Shown here: one piece after another, positions 51,401-63,902 of the stretch | Position numbering within the stretch: position 1 is the first letter of the stretch | Layout of the letters: every line of letters begins with the position of its first letter | Source of the DNA: Callorhinchus milii | Lineage: Eukaryota | Assembly: GCF_018977255.1 (NCBI RefSeq) | Contig: NW_024704742.1 | Coordinates: forward strand, 36,520,001-36,584,000 | Direction of reading: 5' to 3' | DNA length: 64,000 nt | Notes under the pieces: generated by a model | Told to the model about the DNA's origin: nothing | Database searches by the model: none | The model's input: only the letters and a program-made list of their open reading frames with translations | Translations under genes and position numbers: made by a program

Positions 51401-52321
51401 AAAGCTTTCATAAGATTGCTTTATTTTAAAACATTTCTGGAAATGAATTCACATACATTTTCCCCTGAAACGCAATATAAACCAAGCACTGATTGAGTGA
51501 TAGCAAATTATAAATACCATCATTAACTTTTACAGGGCATTAAATATACAATGAATTTAAATCATATACATTTCAGCATATGCTAAATAGTTTGGGTACT
51601 GCAGTGTGAACTTTTTCATTTCCGCTTGAAAAGAAATCTTTTTAGAGATGCAGATATTCCACAGAAGGACATCCGACTAAATAGGAAATTGCTCGCTTTT
51701 TCCTTTGTGATGAAGGCGAATAATGAAATTGTCTGAAAAAGCTATGTGCATTGCTTGTAGTAGAAGCTATTCCACAAATACTTATAGATGTTCTGAGCAA
51801 CCGACATGAAGGAAAAATCACGGAGTGTTACCTCAATGAAACAAACCATTCAACCTATCAAGTCTATGCTGATGTTATTCTCCACATGAGCAAGCTTATG
51901 AAATTCTCGTGTGCAAATTGGCTGTTGCTTTCGCCCACAAAAATACACACAGTCACACACACCACTTTACAGTGCATCATGTAAACAACTACAACAACTT
52001 GCATTTATATTGCTCCCTCACGCAGGATAGCATCCCAGATGCTTGAAATGCTTTAAGATGTCTCAACGAGGTGATAACGCATTGTATCAAATGCAAGGAT
52101 TATTATTAACAATAATAATATTAATAATATAAATCCCACACTTTCACCCACCAAATCCTCTTTTTCAAATTCCCTTTGAAAAAAAATGATATGCTGCTTC
52201 AACACTGTTTCTGACAGAGGATTATAACAACAACAAATGACATTTGTATTGCGCCTTTCACATCGGGAGGTCGTCCCAAGGCGCTAGACAGTCAGGGATT
52301 TGAATTACGCATCACAACGAC

Positions 52322-52657
52322 GTGGAGTCCTGTAGCTCAGTGGTTAGAGCACTCGCTTTGCAAGTGAGAGACCTGAGTTCAATTCCAGGCAGAGGGCGAA
52401 ACCTTGGGCAAGTTTCCTTACTCCACACACCTAATAATAATCCCTCCAAAAAAAAAAAAAAAAAACAATAATAAATTGGTCATTTTCAATCCATGACTGT
52501 TTGTGGGACATTGCTGTGCGCAATTGGCTGCCGCGTTCGCCCACAAATATACAGTCAATTCACTTTACAGTGTGTCTGTGAAGCGCTTTGGGACGTCCTC
52601 CCGACGTGAAAAGCGCTATATCAAATGCAAGGATTATTATTATTATTATTATTATTA
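52322..52657 (+). mobile_element. Young tRNA(Ala)-derived SINE, short form
   Basis: Full-length with an expanded internal poly(A) and a (TTA)n tail. Confidence 0.96.
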
Positions 52658-54261
52658 CTTGTTTCTTGAAAAAAATCTCTGGAAATGATTTTCTTTGCTC
52701 TGTTTGAAACACAATATAAATCAAGCAGTAGTTCAGTAAGATAAATTCTACAGGGTTCTAAATTTACATAGAATTTGTTTTCTATACAAATTTGTAGGCA
52801 TTCTTAGCAACCAACATTATCATTTGCTAAAATGTCTGAAAAAAGAGAGAACTTTTTAATTTTTCCTTAAAAAAAATGTGTTCAACTGGCCAGACCCTCT
52901 ACATGTGAGCTTCCAACTATTTACAAAATGACTCACTTTTCCTTTATGATAAATTTGAGCAACAAAATCGTCTAAAACCCATATCCGTAACAGGACACAA
53001 CTTGTCAACAAATACTATTGTCTCTGATCTTCTGTGCAGCCTGATCTTGAAACAAAAAAACAACAGATTTGATAAAAAGCTTGCTGTGCAATTTAAAATA
53101 AACAACTTTGTCTTACATCTCTACAACTAAAATAGCTCCAAAAAATGCAGTTTCCTCTATTATGCCAAACATTTAATTTCCCCTTCCAACAACTTACAAC
53201 TCTCTAAACGCCCAGGTTCATCCAGGACGCCCACACAATTTTCTAGGCCCCGTCTTCAATTTTTGCACAACTTTTAGGAAAATACTTATTTTCTTTAGGC
53301 GATCTTTTCCTTAACTCCATTCACTCTCCCATAATTTTCCTGTAGGTATTTTATTCAATACTGTCATTAGCATTGCTCCTCCTCCTAACTTTCCTCTCAT
53401 GTTCCCACAAGCTCCAATATGTTGCCACACGTTTTCCTTCATTCTGCAACCTCAAAGCGTTGAAATCAAAATTCATCCCACTTGCCCCTATTCTAACACG
53501 TTTCCCAAGATCTCTGTAGACTATGAAGTCCATTTCTCCCTAAATCGTCCCTTCCTCCTATCAGGATGCGTCTATAATCCTCTTTTCAATTTTGTGGTGT
53601 ACAACAGTCTTTACATGAAGCAATTAACGCAAAAGAACATCTGAAAGTGTTCAACTCAACCTTTCACCAAAGTTCTCAAAAAAAGTGATATTTAATTAAA
53701 AATAAGATTTAAAGGGGGGAAAAGGCTGGTTATTTCTGCTCACTACCACAGGCAATGTCTCAATGTAATAAAAATGCTTTGAGAAGCTCAAATAATTCAA
53801 AGGGCAAATGCACCATGTGGTGCAGCATTGGCCTTAAAAGTCTATCAAACTCAGAGTTAAGGAGGTGGTTGTATTTTTGGCAGCACATCAATTTACATCA
53901 GGAATCAACTGACTCAACCTCTGCTCAAAAATTATGCCTTAAAAAGTTCTTGAACAAGTGTCTTCTTCAGTGACATTAAAAACTAAATGCAGGTTAGGGC
54001 AGTTCGGAGCTCTTGCCCATTTGTTTACGGCACAGAGCTCCCTCAATAGCTCATGCTCCCCACCATCAAACACCCAGTGATTCAGAGCAAGAAATATAGA
54101 TCCTGCTCAAAATCAGTCAGGATACGTTCTTCTGTGAAATGAATGAAGACATTCTGCAAACATCTTGATTCGGTACAACCGGTGACAGTTACAACACAAA
54201 ATGTAAGAGTGTAAACATTACCGCAACCAGCCAAATACAGTATCAATTCACCTTATTGATA

Positions 54262-54690
54262 AGAATAATCCTTGGTGTCTCAAAGCATTTCACAAGATTG
54301 TACTGCAAAGTGTGGTGACTGTATTTGCAGGTGAATGTGGCAACCAATTTGCACACAGCAATGCGCCACAAGTAGCCAAGAAGTAAATAACCAATTTTTA
54401 TCTCGGGCATTGTTGATCAGGACACTGGGAGAAATTCCCTTCTCTTTCCAAATAATGCCATGTGATTGTTAAGATCAACAACAACAACAAAATTACATTT
54501 ATAGAGCGCCTTTCACGTCGGGAGGACGTCCCAAAGAGCTGATCCACCTGGATAGGCAGATGAATGCTTGGTTTAACGTCTCACTTAAAGGATAGTATCT
54601 CCGACATTGCAGTGTTCCTATAGCACAACACAATGTTAGCCTCGAAAGTGAGCTAAAATTCCAATGTGTCATTTGAACCCACAACCTGAC
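54262..54690 (-). mobile_element. Deu-domain SINE with a 64-nt L2 tail insertion (54477-54540)
   Basis: CTTGGTTTAACGTCTCACTTAAAGGATAGTATCTCCGACATTGCAG core; GATC is duplicated around the insertion. Confidence 0.8.
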
Positions 54691-54837
54691 AGTAGTTTAT
54701 GACACATAAATACTAGTCCATGCTAAAATGTGAATAGAGGGGCGCAAACAATGTAATGATACTTAATTTATTCATAAATCATTTTGTAATGCAGTGAATG
54801 TCTCATTCTGAACCCTGGTTGGATTTTCATTCTATTC

Positions 54838-55197
54838 TAATCTTCCCTCTCCTCAAGGTAGCAATTCAAACTGAGGATGTTTCTATGGTGCAGTTGCCCT
54901 CCAGAATGTTCTCCAAGTGGTCAATTTTCATCTGCGAGTCATAGCATCTGTGTGGGTAAATCACAGCTAAATTCGATCAATTTCTCAGCTTGTACGCACA
55001 CAATGTGCACTTTTAACAGAGTTACCAGAGAGCAAACAAGCAGGAACCTTGATTGATCATTTTCCTTCTCAACTCAGGGACTGAGCACTTCTCTTGCTAG
55101 AGTTGTGTCAACTCAGCACAGACCAGGGTTCAGACCACAGATATTATTCTATATGACTCAGCGATACATCACATGGCCTATTTATCCACGTGCTGAA
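54838..55197 (-). mobile_element. AmnSINE2-like SINE, near full length
   Basis: AACTCAGCACAGACCAGGG, GCAGGAACCTTGATTGAT and CCCTCCAG...CCAAGTGGTCA blocks in the expected order. Confidence 0.55.
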
Positions 55198-56869
55198 GAT
55201 TACCTTTTTTTTAATGCAAAACTGAAAATAAAAACAATGTTCCATTTTGTTTAAAGCACACCATATTAAAAAACAAAGACAATGTCAATACCTTCTCCAC
55301 CACTCTCTGGGATTTTTGCGACAGAGCATTTTGTTTGCGAAGCAGACGATTTAAATAAATTGCTCACACATTTAAAATGAAAACATCTGACTGAGCTGCT
55401 GTGATCAGTCACCGAGATTAATGCTCACCCAGTGTGTGCTTGGGAGATACTGTAGTATTCTTATGCCCACTCGCAGAGGCTTGAAAATATTTAATAATTA
55501 TTTTAAAAGCACGTGTTAAAAGGCTACAAGCGGTGAGCTATAATAAACATTTTCAGTTGTGAGCTTCATCATTATTTATTTATATCTATGTAGACAATCC
55601 GCCTGACTTGAACAGACGACTCATCATCACTGATCAAGACACTTTTACTACCTCCGCATTGCTCTCTTCTCCTCTCTCGCCTCTCTCCCACCCACCGCCT
55701 CACAAACATTGGAACAGAAGTAGGCCATTCAGGCCCTCGAGCCTATTCTACCATTCTATAAGATCACACCATAAGAATACAAACACAAAGTAAATAACAT
55801 TTATAATAGTATTGTCAATTTTATAGTATTATCACTGATCAAGACATTGTCCCCTTAATCACACATACAAACGCATTGCTGAACATCTAGAACAATGGAA
55901 GAGAATATTTATTTCTCTACTTCTCTCGTCTTCCCTCACAATACACAACGGTGACAGTCTTCTGAAGACAGAATCCTTACTGACCATCTGATAATCTAAA
56001 CTTTCAGTACCTCCGCTGATAAATCCTCCTGGAAAGAACCTTGTGTTGTTTCAGAGTCACACTAGTTTAATCACTCCACAGTTTTATACTATTTAGGAAC
56101 AATGCGCTATATTTATATAACTCACGCATTAATTTCAGTCCCACTTCAGTGGAGTTCAGTCTCCAGATAATTTCACAAAAGGAATATTTTCAACCAAGGG
56201 CAAATTTCGTACATGTGTATGTGATAATTTATTTTGAAAAAAAACCCTGTAACTTTAAAAATCAAGAGAATTTCCTGTACATGAAACATCAGTTGTTTTC
56301 AGTTAAACTGAAAGCAAAATATCAAGAAGTTTGTTATCCAATCAATAACAAGCCCCACCTCAACAGCTTAAGGTGTGGTAACAATAAAAAAGTTTCCATT
56401 TAGATTAGTGACAAAGTGTTGATCGGTACAGTGCTCTTAATATTAGACATAAAATGTAGCAAAAATAATTTGACCAAAAGAGTGCTACTGTACCATCTGA
56501 ACTTGGCTTCAGCTAAAAAAAATTGTCATGATTAATCAAACCAACCGGTGATCACAAGAAATTTGGAAGAAGAAAGGTCTTCAGTCCAATTCAGCTCATT
56601 CTTCAAGAATACCAACTCGACTGCCTTCCCACTGCAGCATCAAGATATTTCTTCAAGTCCAGTGTGTTTGTTTCAGCCACATTTCTTGGTTAACCAATTT
56701 CAGCCATTGATTATCAAGTGCAAAACAAAACACTTCCTGGTGTTCAAGTTAAATTTACACTTCAGATTACAAAACCTGTGGTCTTTATATTTCTGAGAGT
56801 ATGGTTTACTGTTTCAATCTTACTCAGCATCAAATACACCCCAAAGGAAATATTCACTCTTCCTCACTC

Positions 56870-57180
56870 ATAGCAATTCCTTCTATCAATGGGCATCAGC
56901 CTTGTTGCTCTTCTGTACTGCCTCAAGGGTCGTCCCACCCTCACGTTGAAGTAACTGTGAAACTATGTGCAGTACGTTAGGTGTATCCTGAGCAGATCCT
57001 CTCAAAACTCCTCACATCTCCTCAAATCCCATCTATGGAATACATGTGTCACCTGTTTTTATTTGCAAAACTGAGTACATTTATCTTTGTTGAACTTTAG
57101 TTGCCAGTGATCAGTTTGGGTGTGTCCCAGATGGATTTCTCCTCTGTATGATTTTGGCAGCCTCCTCTAAATGCACAAAT
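56870..57180 (-). mobile_element. Very old CR1-like RT fragment
   Basis: TTGAACTTTAGTTGCCAG (rc of WQLKFN) and CTTGTTGCTCTTCTGTAC blocks. Confidence 0.45.
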
Positions 57181-57189
57181 GGTTATCTG

Positions 57190-57375
57190 TAAACGTAATG
57201 CAGTAGTGGGATGACTTCCTGCCTCCAGTGACTGGTCTGCCCTTCCAGGCTGGCTGATGAGACCTGCTGTGCTGCCATCAGCAGTGCCCTGAAATACTGC
57301 GGACTCACCTGGCTCAGGAACTGGACTACTGAGACCACCACAGAGGGCTGGCTCGATTCCAACATACCATGAAAC
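57190..57375 (-). mobile_element. LF-SINE/UCON3-like core
   Basis: Co-linear with about 27695-27870; minus strand GTGGTGGTCTCAGTAGTCCAGTTCCTGAGCCAGGTG. Confidence 0.7.
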
Positions 57376-59756
57376 ACCCCCCCCCCCCCCCCCCGCTTAC
57401 CTCAACACACCCACCCCCTCACCCACCCCCCAAGAGAATAGTCATTAGTTGGTTGTCGATTTACGACAACTGGGTTTGAGCCTCACTAGGTCAATGGCAG
57501 GCACCAGGAACTCCCTGCGAGCTTCCCGGTGGGCAACACATCTTAGCATGAACATTCCATTAGCTACTGTACAATAGCCCAATACTAAATAGTGCCAAGT
57601 TCCTTTGCACACATTGTTGAGTTAGTAAAATACACATTAAGTCCAGGGATTGAATTATTTCTAGCCTTAAAGGCAATACTTGACAACTTGTGATAATAAC
57701 AAATCCAATTATTCTCAGTCACAAGTTGGAAACGAGAGAGAATTAAAAAAAGCCCCATAGGAAGAATCAAGCCAATAGCAATGATGACTCTAATTCTCAC
57801 AAATAGGATAAAATACAGGCTTGAGGCCTGCACTATAAATGAATTTAGTCTGGAAAGCCACCTGGTAACCATGCATTTCTCTCTTCCAAGTTGTGAAGGT
57901 TACTCTAGGGTAGAGATTCCTTGGTCATTGCCAAATACGGCAGACTGAATTACACAAATGAACAAGACAAGTTGTATTTTATTAACTTGCAACTGTACAT
58001 CAGTAATATTAGAAACAGTTTCACGAAAGATGGTAGGATAGGTATTTTGGAAGGATTGGATCACATGGGCTGAAGGGACTTCTTTATTCAAACCTCCTTC
58101 ATCCATATCTCTCGTGATCTAACCTAACTTCACTGCAGCAACCATAAGCATAAGACAATAACAACTTCACAGACTGTAGAACTCCCTGCAAGTTCTGCAC
58201 ACCCAAAGCTTTCCAGACTATATTGGTAGCACAATAGCATCATAGAAAGAAAGCTGTTAGTTTAAAAATTATACTTGTGCTATTTGTGTAATTTTATTGT
58301 AATTATGCTGCACACAGTCACAGGTGAACATTACAAACCCTATGACACAATTCAAAAAGAAAAAGGAATTTCTCTTGGCCAACAATCCTCTCGAGAAAAT
58401 TATCATTCACTTACAGTTGTTCTGGGTGCGTTGCTATGTGGAAATTATCTACCGCTTTCACCTACAAATAAACAATCATTACATTATACAAAAATTACCT
58501 GCAAAGCATTTTGAGACACTGTATGATGCTATATCAAATTCAAATATTATCATTATCAAAATCATAGTGTACAGAACGCCTGATACAGAAGTTTAACCAG
58601 TGAGTTCTACAAAGACATGCAGGTGGTCCGAGAGATGGGTTCTGGAAAGATATAGGATTGCTTGGGTTTATTCTGTATGTCTACATCATTCTAATGCCTG
58701 CAGCTTTTCTTTGTACCAACACTGTCTGTGGGCTACCAATAATTGTGGTCAACAAGTTAAAAAAACAATTATTCATTCAGTCTCAGTGAGTATAGAGTTT
58801 TTTCGGCTGGCCTATTCCCATAGTACTTTGATCAGGTTGACCTGGTTGGGGAGGGCAGTCATCTGACTGCCAAATGGCAGGATGTGGTTAGGAGCATGTC
58901 CTTGAGCGTCCTGGTGTGGGGCCGAGGGAGCACTATGTGGAGACCCAGATATCAATGTGCTGGCTGCGGTTTTCTCACGTGTTTGGTGATCGTTTTGTTA
59001 CGCAACCCATTTTGCCAGAGAGCAGGATCTAAGGGCTTAACCTGGCAAGCAGGATTAAACCCTCCTGCAGCCAGCATCTGCTGATCTGTAACCTATGGTA
59101 CTTCCATAGGTTGAGGCTGATCTTTTCTTTTAGTTTATTTTGCCTTGGTACCCCATATTGCTTTGCCTCATAAATGGATTTCATCAGGTAAGGGTATGTT
59201 ATGTTGAAGACCCCAAGCTATTTTTTGCTGTTTATATTTTCTGAGCCAAGGAAATAAAAATATATATATTTCTACAAAACTGCACAAGGAAATAAAGATT
59301 GCATATTGTATGCCTGTATCACTCAAAAAACACCAAAGTGGCAAGGTTCAAAATAGCAGCAGGTCACCCTTTTATTTGTGAAAAGTAACAAGAGGTCTGA
59401 AGTTTCTTCACTAAGAATTTTCCACAATTTTGCATGAATATATATTTTGAGACAAAATTGTCTCAAGGGCTAAAATCAGGTGAAACGTTTGGCCTAAAAT
59501 GGGTAAAAAGAATAAAAGTTCCGAATTTTCTCAAGATAAAATAAATACCTTGAGCGAAAAATACCTCAAGATTTTTTTAAAAAATATACACAACACAATG
59601 ATTGTTTGAATTGTGATTGTGATAGTAAGATTATTGAAACATATACAAACATTGTTGCTACTATTTATCATCTCTAACAAGACAACAGGAAACAAGAAAA
59701 ATGTTTACCTTCCAAAACAACATATAATTCAAACAATCAGTTTCTAAATATATAGA

Positions 59757-59779
59757 AATATATATATATATATATATAT
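59757..59779. repeat. (TA)n microsatellite
   Basis: Read directly from the sequence. Confidence 0.9.
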
Positions 59780-59791
59780 CTAAATATATAT

Positions 59792-60124
59792 TGTGGAGTC
59801 CTGTAGCTCAGTGGTTAGAGCACTCGCTTTGCAAGTGAGAGACCTGAGTTCATTTCCAGGCAGGGCGAAACCTTGGGCAAGTTTCCTTACTCCACACGCC
59901 TAATAATAATCCCTCCAAAAAAAAAAACAAAAACAATAATAAATTGGTAATTTTCAATCTACGACTGTTTGTGGGACATTGCTGTGCGCAATTGGCTGCC
60001 GCGTTCGCCCACAAATATACAGTCAATTCACTTTACAGTGTGTTCTGTGAAGCGCTTTGGGACGTCCTCCTGACGTGAAAAGCGCTATATCAAATGCAAG
60101 GATTATTATTATTATTATTATTAT
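59792..60124 (+). mobile_element. Young tRNA(Ala)-derived SINE, short form
   Basis: Full-length, near-identical to the other short-form copies. Confidence 0.96.
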
Positions 60125-60189
60125 ATACATTGTATCTTCGCTTTCCTTTCCACATAAAGTGAAACAAAAGGTTCGCAAAAAAAGGTTCT

Positions 60190-60505
60190 CTCCGCTCAGC
60201 CGGCTCTGGCCTGCTGCATGTCCCCCGACCCACCCGCCCCACCATTGGCAGGAGAGCCTTCAGCCACTCTGCCCCCAACCTCTGGAATTCCATCCCCCAA
60301 TCCCTCCGCCTCGCCCCCTCCTTAGCCTCCTTCAAGTCCTGCCTCAAGACCCTCCTCTTCGACCATGCCATCGGCCGCCCCCCTTCCCCTCCCCTCCCTT
60401 CTCCCTCCCTGACCCCAGCTCGGTTCTGCAATGCTGTACACTGTCCAGCGCCTTGGCACGTCCTCCCGACGTGAAAGGCGCTATACAGATGTAATCTTGT
60501 TGTTG
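60190..60505 (+). mobile_element. L2 3' fragment
   Basis: Closely similar to about 21275-21575. Confidence 0.92.
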
Positions 60506-60911
60506 CAAACATTTTGATGTGCACAAAAATGTGTCACATTCCCTCAAAAAGCTTCAATTAGAATTATTTTGAAGTGGATGGGAGAAAGGGAGAAATGACT
60601 GATACCCTTTCGCTTTATGAAAATTCGGTAAACATCCTTGCTGTTGTGAAAATAACCTGTTATTAATGATCTCCCAAATTATGGTCCACTGTAATCTAAT
60701 ATGACCAAAATACTGTAAAAAGAGTAATGTTTGTTAAAGTAAAAATACACTATATTTTACTGTATATTGTAAATTAGATTGTAGAGTACTGTAATATAAA
60801 TATACAATAATAAATTACAACACTGAACTGAATAATAGCTTTCTTTTACAAATACAGTCACTGCACTTGACAGTAATTAACTGTGAAGCACCTTAAAACG
60901 TTTTGACATAT

Positions 60912-61570
60912 ACAATACAAATTTATATAGTGCCTCTCATGTTGAGAGTGTCCCAAGGCGCTGGACATCCAAAGTTTTCACCTGAGCTGGTGGTGGCGAC
61001 TGGGGTTGAGGGGAGAAAGACAGCTAAAAGCACAGTCAAAGAAGAAGGTCTTGAGGCGGACTATGAAGGAGGCAAGGAAATGGGCAAGTTGAAGGGATTC
61101 CAGAATGGAGTTCCAGAGGGTGGGGGCAGATAGGCTGAAGACTCAACTGCTGATGGAGGGGCAGGGAGCGTGAAGCAGAGGAGGCAGCAGCCAGATTGGT
61201 AATGTTTGAGGAGGTCTCAGAGGTAGGGTGGAGCAAGATCATGGAGGGATTTAAAGGTTAGGACAAGGATTTTGAACTCAATCCAATGGGGGATGGGGAG
61301 CCAGTAGTACTGGGCATGGGTGACAGGCTCACGAAGCCTAGGTGGGTAAAGAACATGAGCTGCAAAGTTCTGGATGGTCTGCAGCTTGTGAAGGTAAGAG
61401 ACGTTAGTCTGGCGAGCAGAGTTGGCATCTACCCTGGAAGTGATGAATGCGTGGATTAGGGTTTCGCTGGCCTGAGAGAAGAGGTAGTGGCAGAGGCGGG
61501 CAATGTTACAGAGGTGGGGGAAAGCTGAGCGGGTCAGAGCATGAATGTTAGGTTTAAAGGATAGTTGAGA
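60912..61570 (-). mobile_element. Old L2 fragment
   Basis: Inverted co-linearity with about 20880-21560. Confidence 0.85.
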
Positions 61571-62049
61571 TTAAGATTATAGGTGCTATATCAAATTGAA
61601 AGATTATAATTATTAGTACAGTAAATATTGGAAAAGAATGACGAACCAGATCAACAATCCAAAATGCTTTCCCCTGCCCCACATCTCTACTTTTCATTAC
61701 TAAAAGAGGACATTAAAGTAAAGGCATGTGATCTACTTACAGTATTGCACAAGGAGAGAGTGGTAAATACATAGAGCATTGCTTTTCATCAATTGTTGAA
61801 TTATTCAAATCCCTGCTAGTCCCAATTAGTTCTACTGACCTGATTTCATGGCTTGCAGTGAGAGACTGACTGACATATCAAACTCAGATGCACACAATCT
61901 TCTATTGCAGGAAATGGTTTCCATTTCCTGATTTGCTATTGTAATATCCTTTATTTTGAAACTAAATACAATCACGTGCAACTATTGCCTTGCCTGACCC
62001 ACTGCATGCAATATCAAATCACTGTCTTTATACAGTACTTCTAAGCTGC

Positions 62050-62540
62050 AACCGCACCCTCCGCTGCACCATTGGAGGTCGCGCTTTCAACCTATACTCC
62101 CCGAAACCTTGGAATACTCTCCCTCAATCCCTCCGTCTTGCCCCCTCTCTCAAGACCCGCCTGAAAACATTCCTTTTCAACTGTGCTTACTGTCACCTCT
62201 GGCAGGTGGAGCGGCAGAGGAAGGGAGGTACAGAGATTAGGGGGTTAGTTGCTGAAGTTTCAGACACCGATGAGGGTGCACAGAGGACAGGGGACACACA
62301 GCAGACCCGGGTTAGCCAAAAACAGGTGGCAAGCAGAGGAGTGGGATAGGAGATGGTTATAGAAATGAGAAGGTGCTAAGCCATCAAGGGATTTATAGGT
62401 GATGGGGACCTTAAAGCCGATGCATTGGGAGATGAGAGCCAGAAGAGCCTGCGGTGATGGGTGTGCAGTTTGGTGCTTGTGGTGAGTTTAGTCCGAGACT
62501 CTACTCCTCGTGAAGGGGGGTATATAAATGCAAGTTGTTT
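62050..62540. mobile_element. Cluster of old L2 fragments in both orientations
   Basis: TIGGRAFNLYSPKPWNTLPQSLRLAPSLKTRLKTFLF on +, followed by minus-strand L2 sequence and a + tail. Confidence 0.75.
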
Positions 62541-63571
62541 TATCTGCTAAACACCACACACAAAAATCAGATTTTTTTCATATCTCCACATCTGGTCATA
62601 ACATTATAAAATTTATATGAAGCTTATCCTTGAACAGATGGAACAGGCCACTGCCAGCATTCAGATACAATAAATACAGAACCACAAACGAGGCTGACAG
62701 CAGAATCATAAGCAGGTCATGATTTACCTCATGCGGAGATACCCATTGCTCACTGCTATGATGGCCATGACAACAGACTCTATTTTATCTTTCATTACTT
62801 GTTTAGGACCAGCATCATTGCTCTTGGTAAATGGGGCTAAAGGAGAAGGATGACAAATCATTTATTTTGAATTTCCTCATATTGTCTTAGAAAGGGGTTT
62901 CCTCCTCATTGTCCATTTTAATTTCTATTTCCTATTCTGTTCACCTTGCATCTCTGAAGATGAACTCTGATTAACCGTGGCTACAGATAAAAACGAGTGC
63001 AGCGTGAGTGAATTAATGTTTCCCAGCTTGATTCTGAATGTTAACTTCCTTTGTTTACTACCTTGCAAATTCTGGTAACACAAGAGGCGTTAAAAACCAG
63101 AGGCAAATCTATTAGAGGCACAAATCTAAGCACAGTCAGACTAGTGCCTTAAAAACACTCGGTCCGTGTGTAAATCAAAATCCATTTGACAGCTTTTGTC
63201 ACTGGTGCTCTGCCTTCAGAATTCTGAGGCGAAATTATCTGTCAGGGTACATCTGGGACTGCCCTTGTTAAAGAAATCTTCACTGATAAATACTTGACTG
63301 CCAGTTTGGACTGTAAATTTCTTGATAGTTCAGCAATTTGAGAACCAGTCAAGCTTTACACACTGGCATCAATAACAGCACAAGACCATCATGGAAATCG
63401 GAATTACCCAAGGGGTCTAAATGAGATTTCATTGTTTACTGCCAGAACAGTGGGTTGTTTAAACAATAATAATCCTTGCATTTGATATAATAATAATAAT
63501 CCTTGCATTTGATATAGCACCTTGTCATGTTTTTCTGCAATCTTTTGATTCTTTTTGCAATTTTCGAAAAG

Positions 63572-63902
63572 AATAATAATCCTTGCATTTGATATAGCGC
63601 TTTTCATGTCTTTTATAGACATCTCAAAGTGCTTCCCAGAATATATTGTAAAGTGAATTGACTGTATATTTTGTGGGCGAAACGCAGCAGCCAAGTCGTG
63701 GATTGAGTTACACAATTTTTTTAAAATTGGATTATTACCCTCAGAAAAACGATACGCCAGTCGACTGACAATCGGGTTACGACTTACTGTTAGGTAAACA
63801 GAGGCGCGTGGAGTAGGAAACTTGCCTAACGTTTCACCCTGCCCGGGAAATGAATCCGGGTCCTCTTGCTTGCGAAGCAAGTGCTCTAACCACTAAGCCA
63901 CA
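63572..63902 (-). mobile_element. tRNA-derived SINE, long form
   Basis: Minus strand CACGCGCCTCTGTTTACCTAACAGTAAGT central domain, decayed head, older tail. Confidence 0.88.

Noticed and set aside
55205..55222. About 18-nt microexon-like AG...GT spacing on minus
   Set aside because: A/T-rich context makes such signals common; moderate donor and no other support.
55553..55627. C/D-box snoRNA-like arrangement (ATGATGA...ATGATGA...CTGA on minus)
   Set aside because: No terminal stem, no clear D' box and no recognisable rRNA/snRNA guide.
23766..59870. SINE heads as genuine tRNA genes
   Set aside because: Each continues into a SINE body and L2-type tail with no Pol III terminator after the acceptor stem.
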